Origin: Macrostomum lignano
Taxonomy: Eukaryota
Reading direction: 5' to 3'
Length of the DNA: 33,548 nt
NCBI GenBank assembly: GCA_002269645.1
Contig: NIVC01002268.1
Location: 1-33,548, forward strand
Shown: piece by piece, positions 1-9,869 of the stretch
Layout: each line of letters begins with the position of its first letter
Numbering within the stretch: the stretch's first letter is position 1
Made by a program: the position numbers and the translations under genes
The notes under the pieces: generated by a model
Seen by the model: the letters and a program-made list of their open reading frames with translations, nothing else
Told to the model about the DNA's origin: nothing
Databases searched by the model: none

Positions 1-277
1 GTTACCTTAAATGTGCCTCGCAAGGGCGCCTATAGTAAATGATTTAGTATATTCGAAGATATGAGAAGCAATAGTTTCAAAGGGTGAATAAGATTTCCCG
101 CTGAGGTTTACGAAGGAAATATACTACGATATTTTTATTTAGATGATGAGATGAGATTTAGTTGATGAGACAAACTAATGGAAAAATATCGTCGGAAAAA
201 ATTCTTTGCATGAAATTTTAATGCTCCAGCTTTAAAGCAATGCCTCTAAAAGCGATTTTCTTGTAACTCCTTCATAG

Positions 278-921
278 ATTGCCGCTAATCAGACCAACGC
301 TACGCTCAATTCCAAATGGACACGAGCAGAGCAAATTACGGGATGGCCGCAGTCCGGAGCCGATCGGTCCAAACACGCATGTCGAAGAAGCAGACCACCA
401 TGCCATAATGTCCAACGGCACTGATGTTATGATTTCGACACTAGCCAAGATGCCTGGAGCGAATCAGAAGCCATCCAGGGCTCAAGACGCTGCCAAGTTC
501 GGAGTATTTCGATACAGTTCCTATAACTTGCAAGGCGCCAGCGGATTTGTGAAAGGTGACCGTCTGGCCTCCGGTGCAGCAGCGAAACTGACGCAGCAGC
601 AGCGACGACAGCAGCAGCTGTAGCGAAGATTCGTTCAAACAGCGACTGGCTAAGAAGTTCTCAGCTGAGCCAGCATCGTTAAGGTTGAGTAGGCGGCAAG
701 TCAACTGGAAAAAGCCCTCTGGAGACCACTGGCAAAGCGAGGCGTTTAACAGCCCGAGCGGGGACGGGCCTCGAGCCGGCTCAGACAGAGAGCTCAGCAA
801 TTCTCTGCAATTCGGCGACGGCAGCCATGGGGACACTCTGGAGTTCCAGCTGACGAACGAATCTGCCATTGAAGATTTGGAGCGGCGAAAAAATGCCAAA
901 GGATTCTCAACTCTGAAGCCG
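278..921 (+). CDS. Probable upstream low-complexity (Ser/Asp/Gln-rich) exon of the galectin-fold gene
   Basis: Acceptor-like ttcatag ends at 277. The phase-0 donor CCG|GTAAGA at 921/922 matches the phase-0 acceptor at 1209. Frame 0 is open 279-623 and frame 1 is open 592-921, so a continuous exon needs further frameshifts around 560-600. Confidence 0.35.
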
Positions 922-935
922 GTAAGAGTTCTTTT

Positions 936-1191
936 AGATAGGAAATCGAGGGATAGCAAGGATGTAACCTAAATGGGATATCTCGGATAGGAAATCGAGG
1001 GATAGCAAGGATGTAACCTAAATGGGATATCTCGGGATAGGAAATCGAGGGAGAACAATGATGTGACCTAGATCGAATGTCTCGGAATAGGAAATCGAGG
1101 GAGAACAAGGATGTGACCTAGATGGAATATCTCAGAATAGGAAATCGAGGGAGAACAAGGATGTGACCTAGATCTAGGTGGAATGTCTCCG
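936..1191. repeat. Intronic minisatellite, ~50 bp unit, ~5 copies
   Basis: ggaaatcgaggga recurs at 941, 990, 1040, 1090 and 1140. Confidence 0.9.
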
Positions 1192-1208
1192 AATTTTTTT
1201 TCAACCAG

Positions 1209-4200
1209 TCCGACAAGTTGTCGATAACAGTCGGTTCGGTATGGAGCTTTACTTTGGGCTGCATTCCGGCGAATAAGTTGAAAGCTCCTTTACCTGTGAT
1301 ATTCTACAGGTGACATGAAGCTATATATATTTTTGAACTATACAGATAATTCCATTCCGAGCGCGACTCCCAGTGCAAATACGGTATGGACACAGCATTG
1401 TGATTTACGGCCGAATGACCAACTACTCTTCAGCTGGGTGAGACTAACTGTTAAAATGTATCTTTAAATATAGTTTTTCATGCGCTGAACAAGCGTTTAA
1501 AATATTGGTAAAAATCACACTGCTGCTCTTCAGGCTTAAATTGTCTTTGGAAAATCTCGATTACTCGCCCGGTGCCCAGGCCTTCGAGTTGCTGATTTCC
1601 TTCCCTGGCGGAGCCGACCAGCCGTCGCTGATGCACACCTGCCAGCTAATTGGGGGGCAACCCGTCTGCGAGGCGAAGGCGCTGCTGTCACCAAAGCAGA
1701 ACGACGAGTTTCGTCTGGTGATTTGTTTCAAGCGACTGGGACTCAGCGTAAGATTTCTAACCTTACTTCTTGGGCATCTGACGAGTAGCCGCAGACCAGA
1801 ACAGCTGGGAGTTTGAAGAGGATTTAATGAGGAGTCCACCGTTTTTTTCATCCAACTCTTGTTTAATTCGAAAGGCGACGAAAAGTTGTTTGCAATCTGG
1901 AAGGATCTGTCTTGGCATTGAGTTGGCGTAGGTTTAACCTGACGAACTATTTTTTTCAACCGGTTTTCAGACGGCTCTCGCCGACACGGAATGCGTGTTA
2001 CCGCATCACATTCCGGTGTCCGACTTCACTCACCTGGTGCTGCACCCGACTGCGAGTACACTAGCGTGGAGTTTCACGAACGCCTGGAGCTGCCGCTACG
2101 CGAACACCTGGCCTGCCCGCTCAGCCTGGTTGAATCTGTGCGGCTCGGCCTCGGCCGGACAGCAGCTCCACCGGCCTCCTGTTCGGCCTGGCCGACGGCG
2201 CGGCCATGACCTGCTCGCTCAGCATCGCCAGCCTGACAGCTACGGTAGGTCGAGCCGATCCGGACGACACTTGCAGCAGCAACGGCGGCGACGACGGTGG
2301 CGGCTTCGTCAAGGAGATGGAGAAACGCGGTTTAAACCAGCTGGCGAAACTGCGCAGCGTTTTGCTGACAATTCACGGCCAGGTGGTTCGGGTGAGTTTC
2401 TCAGGGGTGCTGCAGCCAATTAAGGCGAAAATGGAGTCGCAGCTAACAGGAAGGCAGAAGTACGAGTATAGCCCTGGAATTCTCCTTGTAGGGCATGTAC
2501 AGGCATGTGGGTAGTTTAATGTTTCAGGTTTCTTAAGTAGTCTTTAGGTCAGACTGTTTTTCCACTCTGATACCTGCTAATCCACCGCGTCTAATAATAG
2601 AACTAGACAACATAGATCAGACCATTTTAATGTACTTGCATAGGCAATTAAAGTAGAAGGACACGAAACTTTATTTTCCTAGAAATGGGCTGGAGGCTGC
2701 GTTGAATCCAGCAACGCCATAGACACTTGTGCGCGTGATCTAGGCGTTGCTGAATTTAGCACACTCGTGCGCCACCCATTATCCCGAGTTCCGACCTTCG
2801 TCTAACCACCCATTTGTCGCTCGGAAGTACCATAGACAAAACCATTATCCAGAACTCAAGGACTAAATGCTGCCGTATTGGAGAAGTATGGGGGAAACTG
2901 TACGCCTACATTTTCTGGAAGTACAGTACATTTTGTAATTTATAGTATATGTGCCAATAGGAATTATTGACTGATCGGTGTTCGTTTATTGTGTCTGAAA
3001 TGCATTAATAATGAGTTTCAATTAGGCAGATTTCTCGTTAACTCCGAATTCAGATTCATATTAATGGCGAGTACATAATGACGTACTTGATGAAGTTGGA
3101 TGCTAGAAGAGTGAAGAGCCTGTACATTGAAGGCGATCTAATGCTGGAGGATTTCAAAATCAAGGAGATGGTGAGAGTTTGAAATTATAAAATTTTGTTT
3201 TAAGAAAGCACATGCCTAATTGCAATTAACAATTTTTAACAAAAAATCTCTCATATCTTGCCATATCTCGTCCAATCAGAGCTCACTACCTCACCCATAG
3301 CCCTGCCCGATGAATCGTGTCTGCTATCCGCTCAGCCAATCGGAGCTCACTACCTCACCCATAGCCCTGCCCGATGAATCGTGTCTGCTATCCGCTCAGC
3401 CAATCGGAGCTCACTACCTCACCCATAGCCCTGCCCGATGAATCGTGTCTGCTATCCGCTCAGCCAATCGGAACTTACTACCTCGCCCCATCATTCCCTC
3501 CAGCGAGCCAATCCACTGACGGCTCTTCCCAAGCAGCTGCCAGTAGGCGGCCAGATTCGAATCTGGGCCCGGTTGCTGCCGTCGGCCGCTTCGATGCCGG
3601 CCGGCAACAACTGTCGAATTTCGCTTCGAACCGGCGCTGACCGAGCTCAGCGGACTTTGCCCTCCTTGCCCGGGTGGCGCCCAGCAGAGAATCGGACAGC
3701 GGCGCCGTCGGCTGTCTGGCCCTCAGCGCCATCGTCAACGGTCAGCAGAGCGACGAAGCAGTGGACGCCACCAGCCGCAGCGACGCAAAAGATAGGGACG
3801 GCTTCGCCTTCGAGACGACGATCGTCCGACGCTTGAAGGACTTCTACGTAGTGTTGGACAGCGGGCACAACGCCAGCCTGCGCCACCGGATCGACCCGGA
3901 CCTGGTGACTCATCTGCACCTGGCTGGCGCCGCCACCGCCTTTCTGTTTGTCAGCTTCCCAGCCAGCCTGTGGCTTCCCTACACCAATCGCCTGCCGCCG
4001 ATGGATCCGAGTCGGCCGGGCCGGTTGATCCGTCTCGGTCTGTCGGACGGGGCCGACCTGGCCGAGACCGACGGGGGCAACTACGGAGCGTAAGTGTCGA
4101 TTAGGCCCAGGGTCCAGATTTCAGTATCCCATGCAGTTTGGCCTTTTTACAGAAAATCTTAAGATGAAAGAGACATCAGGTTTGGAAGAGATATGGAAGC

Positions 4201-6846
4201 AACGACCAAGCAAACCCGGTACAGTTTAACTTGGTGTTTCAAGCCGTTTCCACTGATGAAGTAGGGCGCTACCTCAAAAAGTCGAATTAGATAGTCTACG
4301 CTACTTATCAAGTAGTATGACGCATGTCTTACACGTGTATGTTATTTTAATGTTTAATAAAAATGAGGGCAAAGTAGATCAGCGGTTAACGCGTCTGTCT
4401 GATTCTGCAGCGCAGAAGTGCCCGGGTTCGATTCCGTGCGCGGCTTGAGACATGCAACTGCGCCCATCAGCTTAGCTTCTTTCGATGGGAAACGTTCTCA
4501 TTTTCTTGAGAATTTCCAATTTGCAGCAGCCGCACCGTTTCGCTGGCCATCGGCGCCGATCCGGACGGCGTCAAGCCGCTGATCTGCGAGTTCTGCCTGA
4601 CCGACAGCGGCCAGCAGGCGGCCCTGGCCTGGATGAACGACGCCCGCCAGACTCGAGTGGCTGAGCTGTGCCCGGTGCCGCTGTTTAGCGAGATTCGAAC
4701 CATCGACCTACTGCTGGCGGATAACGGCGATTGCAAAGTGAGTGGCAAAGCAAAAAGTTGATTTCCCTGTCCGATCGTTGATTTCCCTGTCCGATAGTTG
4801 ATTTCCCTGTCCAAATGTTGATTTCCCTGTCCGATAGTTGCTTACCCTGTCCGATAGTTGATTTCCCTGTCCGATAGTTGATTTCCCTGTCCGATAGTTG
4901 ATTTCCCTGTCCGATAGTTGATTTCCCTGTCCGATCGTTGATTTCCCTGTCCGATCGTTGATTTCCCTGTCCAAATGTTGATTTCCCTGTCCGATAGTTG
5001 CTTACCCTGTCCGATAGTTGATTTCCCTGTCCGATAGTTGATTTCCCTGTCCGATAGTTGATTTCCCTGTCCGATCGTTGATTTCCCTGTCCGATAGTTG
5101 ATTTCCCTGTCCGATCGTTGATTTCCCTGTCCGATCGTTGATTTCCCTGTCCAAATGTTGATTTCCCTGTCCGATAGTTGCTTACCCTGTCCGATAGTTG
5201 ATTTCCCTGTCCGATAGTTGATTTCCCTGTCCGATCGTTGATTTCCCTGTCCGATCGTTGATTTCCCTGTCCGATAGTTGCTTATCCTGTCCGATAGTTG
5301 ATTTCCCTGTCCGATAGTTGATTTCCCTGTCCGATAGTTGATTTCCCTGTCCGATAGTTGATTTCCCTGTCCGATAGTTGATTTCCCTGTCCGATAGTTG
5401 ATTTCCCTGTCCGATAGTTGATTTCCCTGTCCGATAGTTGATTTCCCTGTCCGATAGTTGATTTCCCTGTCCGATAGTTGCTTATCCTGTCCGATAGTTG
5501 ATTTCCCTGTCCAATAGTTGCTTACCCTGTCCGATAGTTGCTTATCCTGTCCGATAGTTGCTTATCCTGTCCGATCGTTGCTTACCATGTCCGATAGTTG
5601 ATTTCCCTGTCCGATAGTTGCTTATCCTGTCCGATCGTTGCTTACCCTGTCCGATAGTTGCTTATCCTGTCCGATAGTTGATTTCCCTGTCCGATAGTTG
5701 CTTATCCTGTCCGATAGTTGATTTCCCTGTCCAATAGTTGCTTACCCTGTCCGATAGTTGCTTATCCTGTCCGATAGTTGCTTATCCTGTCCGATCGTTG
5801 CTTACCATTTCCGATAGTTGATTTCCCTGTCCAATAGTTGCTTACCCTGTCCGATAGTTGCTTATCCTGTCCGATAGTTGCTTATCCTGTCCGATCGTTG
5901 CTTACCATTTCCGATAGTTGATTTCCCTGTCCGATAGTTGCTTATCCTGTCCGATCGTTGCTTACCCTGTCCGATAGTTGCTTATCCTGTCCGATAGTTG
6001 ATTTCCCTGTCCGATAGTTGCTTATCCTGTCCGATAGTTGATTTCCCTGTCCAATAGTTGCTTATCCTGTCCGATAGTTGATTTCCCTGTCCAATAGTTG
6101 CTTACCCTGTCCGATAGTTGATTTCCCTGTCCAATAGTTGCTTACCCTGTCCGATAGTTGCTTATCCTGTCCGATCGTTGCTTACCATGTCCGATAGTTG
6201 ATTTCCCTGTCCGATAGTTGCTTATCCTGTCCGATAGTTGCTTATCCTGTCCGATAGTTGATTTCCTGTCCGATAGTTGATTTCCCTGTCCGATAGTTGC
6301 TTATCCTGTCCGATAGTTGATTTCCCTGTCCGATAGTTGCTTATCCTGTCCGATAGTTGCTTATCCTGTCCGATAGTTGATTTCCCTGTCCGATAGTTGA
6401 TTTCCCTGTCCGATAGTTGCTTATCCTGTCCGATAGTTGATTTCCCTGTCCGATAGTTGATTTCCCTGTCCGATAGTTGATACTTCAATTGCAAGCCTCA
6501 ATTTAACATTCCAAGCCTCATTCTAACATTCCAAGCCTCAATCTAACATTCCAAGCCTCATTCATTTCAAGCCTCATTCTAACATTCCAAGCCTCAATCT
6601 AACATTCAAGCCTCATTCTAACATTCCAAGCCTCAATCTAACATTCCAAGCCTCAGTAAAACACTGTGCTCTGGTTGTTAGTTCAGAGCACAGATTGTGA
6701 TCACAGTTTAAGAAGCCGCTACATTGCAGCTTGTAGTCAACAAGCGAATAGTCTCCAGCTACAGAGCTGACATCTCTCCTAAGGACGCCAGATGGATAGT
6801 CATCACTGGCAATATCAGTCTGCTCAATGTTGAATTGGAAAATCAG
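1209..6846 (+). CDS. Four-domain galectin-fold (Gal-bind_lectin-like) protein, core exons; frameshifted in this sequence (assembly errors or pseudogene)
   Basis: Exons 1209-1309, 1534-1747, 1971-2391, 3054-3170, 3504-4089, 4527-4737 and 6730-6846 all have AG/GT boundaries with matching phases (0/2, 2/0, 0/0, 0/0, 0/2, 2/0, 0/0). The translation shows the galectin C-terminal pattern four times: LPHHIPVSDFTHLVL, IHINGEYIMTYLMKLDARRVKSLYIEGDLML, LRHRIDPDLVTHLHLAG, LVVNKRIVSSYRADISPKDARWIVITGNISL. One base must be added near 2046, 2156 and 3642 to keep the frame. The fold call is from motif recognition only; no HMM was run. Confidence 0.65.
2701..2760. other. Near-perfect intronic inverted repeat (60-nt hairpin)
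   Basis: aatccagcaacgccatagacac (2705-2726) pairs with gtgatctaggcgttgctgaatt (2735-2756) around an 8-nt loop; G-U pairs extend the stem to 2701/2760. Confidence 0.7.
3270..3490. repeat. 64 bp tandem repeat, ~3.4 copies, ending at the 3503 splice acceptor
   Basis: gctcactacc recurs at 3281, 3345 and 3409, with a diverged partial copy near 3473. Confidence 0.92.
4368..4470 (+). mobile_element. tRNA-derived SINE head or tRNA pseudogene (Pol III A and B boxes)
   Basis: A-box-like TAGATCAGCGG at 4375-4385 and B box GGTTCGATTCC at 4425-4435. The acceptor stem does not pair, so this is not an intact tRNA. Confidence 0.55.
4757..6480. repeat. Intronic satellite, 20 bp unit (gttgatttccctgtccgata), ~86 copies
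   Basis: Directly visible 20-bp periodicity with variants cttaccc, cttatcc, ccgatc, ccaaat and ccaata; lies in intron 4738-6729. Confidence 0.98.
6491..6655. repeat. Second ~20 bp minisatellite (caagcctcaatctaacattc), ~8 copies
   Basis: Repeated caagcctca(a/t)tctaacattc directly after the previous array. Confidence 0.9.
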
Positions 6847-6962
6847 GTAATTATTTAACTATCTATTTTTGATTGTATTTAAATATAATTAAATATAGCT
6901 ACTTAAATTCGCAAAAAGGTAAAAACTCCGCAATTTTAAGGTCCCGACAAGTCGTTGTTCAG

Positions 6963-7055
6963 TCTCTTAGCCAGAGCCTCGAGCAGAACGATCCGACTAC
7001 CTTTTGCGGCATCTGCTGTCAGATGATTCAAAACAGGGCGAAACAACTTGATTAA
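6963..7055 (+). CDS. Candidate terminal exon of the galectin-fold gene (SLSQSLEQNDPTTFCGICCQMIQNRAKQLD*)
   Basis: Phase-0 acceptor gttcag at 6962 follows the phase-0 donor at 6847. An alternative acceptor at 6940 would give VPTSRCSVS*, so this is uncertain. Confidence 0.3.
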   Translation, partial: SLSQSLEQNDPTTFCGICCQMIQNRAKQLD

Positions 7056-8189
7056 CTATAAACAGTGCATGTATATTCACTGAGCTGCCAACTGAACCTA
7101 TTGATCAGTGTTAATGCAGTTCACTTGTAAATTGCCTTATTTGCTTTGCGGTATAGCTAACTTCAAATCGGTGCGCCCCCCCAGTGAGTTAGGCGAGCTC
7201 ATATTTACAGATATTTTAACAAAATTGGCGGAAAGGTCATTTTATTTTCTTAGAAATTAAATAGCAATACGTTTTTGGTATTAACCGTCACTACATGTGG
7301 CGTGATCGTTCATAACAGAAATATTTAGAAAAGCCTAATAAATTTCTTAATAGTTTATCCATACACTTCACAGAAAAAATAACATGCTCGAAAGCTGCAC
7401 CCACTATACTACTGTCGGATTTGTACTACTGTAATTTTATGCAATACGTAAATGCAATCTTGCTCGCGTTCAACAAGGTAAATACAATATATTTAACGTA
7501 CACCACAGAGGAGTTGCATCTGTGTACATTTTATTAAAACGCTACCCAATCTAAAAAAATACCTGTGTTTTCTTTTGTTTAAATTAAATTACTTAATTTT
7601 CGAGAAAATAAACATTTCCAGCGATAGATTTGTTATAATCTTTGGTTTTGAAACAGCCCACTCCACCCTCCTCAGATTAGATATCCAAAAACACCTTGCT
7701 TGGTTGGATGCAGGAAGTTGAATTATAATAAAGTGCATCAGGTGAAAATGAATAAAATATGGGACTGTTCTCAAAACATGTGCATTTTCCATGCATCAGC
7801 GTGTAATCAATTTACTACAGGCAAGGAGACTCGGAGCAAGGTCCTGAGGTGAAGACTCCCCAGTAAGGTCAGACAACTGTAAGCTGACTGCAGTTTTTAA
7901 GTTTACACAGGAAAGATAAGCGACTTTCTGTGTCATCATATACCTACATGTAAAACTCTTACTGATATTCAAATTTTTACTTAAGTTCTCCGGATCATTG
8001 CATTTTGAGCAATATGAGCGTATGTAGCCTGTGAGCTTACTGCTGACATAAGTATTGATAAAACAGAATTTTCACATTTTTTTATCTTTGACATAAAAGC
8101 ACTGTCATAGTTATAGTTGCATTTTGTGTCCAGAAAGCACTGGGCCGCGTCCAATGGGGGCCAGGGGGGGGGGGCTGGCCTCTGAGTTA

Positions 8190-8520
8190 GACCACAGGGC
8201 CCTCCTATGACCCCCTATCAGGCTGCACCTCCCCTATGACCCCCAGTCAGGCTGAAGGCTCCTCTATGACGACTAGTCAGGCCCCTCTATGACGACTAGT
8301 CAGGCCCCTCTATGACCCTTAGTTAGACCACAGGCCCTCTTATGACCCCCAGGCAGGCCACAGGCCCTCCTATGACCCTTGATCAGACCGCAGGCACCCT
8401 ATGACCACCCCCCAGTCAGGCTTAAACCCCCTATGGCCCCCAGTTAGACCGCAGGCCCTGTTATATGACCCCCACCCAATCAGGCTACAGGCCCCTATTT
8501 GACCCTCTGTCGGCTCTTCT
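8190..8520. repeat. Degenerate minisatellite (~22-30 bp; ccctctatgacccccagtcagg core)
   Basis: More than ten copies of a ctatgacc-like core flanked by cagg/ggccc motifs. Confidence 0.75.
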
Positions 8521-9869
8521 TAATGACACTTCACTACAAAATCTAAAATCATAGACCGATCTTAGACCATGCACTGTTCAAAAGGATAATATATTTTCTG
8601 CATAAAAACTTTTTTATATCTAACTTGAAAGGTGCAATGAATTTCGAATCAAATGCAGATAGTAATATTCAGCTTAAAATTGAGATTCTGAAGCAGTAAA
8701 TTTTGTTACTCCCAGGTTCTGGCTCGAGTTCTCCATGATTGCGGCAAGGTGAATAAAAGGTCGAAAGATTTTAGACTCCCGGCCGTGAGCTGCAGACGCA
8801 CCTGCTCAATTAATATCACGCAAGATTTTCCATTGCCGGCCAGTGCGCGCTCCCACCGCCTATTCACGAGGCAATTCAGGGCCTTCCGTCCCCGCAGCCA
8901 GTGTTGTCCCTCGGGTTATAAGTGCAGTCCCGGCTCTGGGTGTATTGGGGCTGGGAGGGACATTGGGGTGGGAAGAGGGAGAGTCTGAACTGCTAGTAAC
9001 CCGCTAGGAGAGAGCAAGGGCGGGGAAGAGGATGAGGAAAGTACAGCTTGCGACACAGGGGGTGGGCATTGGAATTGCATCAATCGATGCCGGAGAACTC
9101 CAGCTGTCTCGCCGCCACAGCTCATCTCTGAGTCATCTGGCCTGCTGGCCGGTTTCTGCTCAAACGAGTGTACAAAATCAGAACTCTGTCAAAATGTACG
9201 CTTTGACCAGCTGACACTGTTATAGGGGTGACTAATGATCTGGCTTGACTTGCACAATTGTCAATCGATGCCAAAGCCAATCACGCTTCATCCGTGTATA
9301 TATATTTCTGCTTGAGACTCAGGATAATGATCAGAGAGAGAGATGACGAATGGGCATTACAATTACAAGCATAGTTGGAAAATAAACCTAGTAGACTGAC
9401 TTATTGGGTGTTTTAAACAATTAAATAGCAAATTATTTCACTTTAATTTAAACATATAGTTCGTGTCAATTGAGAAAATCGAGCTCTGATTTCAATACAA
9501 TATACGCTCGTAGGCATTGAATTGATCCGCACGAGGCAAGCGACCGGATACGGAGGTACAATGAGAATCGGATGAATGAACGATGACAAAGTCGAACGTT
9601 AAGCACAGCGAAAAAATTAAGACGAAAAGAGAGGCGAAGAAAGAGTAAAGCGCGCTTAGAAAGACCAATGTGCGCATTTATGTTATACGGGCTTATGAAT
9701 TGGTTGCCAATACCTAAATCGCGAGGTATCGGAGCGTTAAAACAAAGATTAAGATAGAGAAAATAAAAAGGGCCTTTTGTTTTATCAGTCCAACTTTGTC
9801 GCAGCCATCGCGTTGAGAGCCAGTTACAGTTTGCCTAGCCTATCAGTGCATCAGGCGTCAACTTCGCCA

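Noticed and set aside
3638-3640. In-frame TGA between ORFs 3374-3640 and 3674-4093 (selenocysteine or readthrough)
   Set aside because: The galectin N-terminal strands lie in the other frame (3504 onward), so a frameshift explains the junction better than readthrough.
4241-4290. Hammerhead-ribozyme-like core (CTGATGA, stem gtag-ggcg-ctac)
   Set aside because: The required GAAA reads CAAA and stem I does not close. At best a dead Penelope-type remnant; not supportable.
4708-6494. Minus-strand ORFs with DREINYRTGKSTIGQ repeats; CRISPR-like appearance
   Set aside because: Head-to-tail 20-bp satellite with no unique spacers, in a eukaryotic intron.
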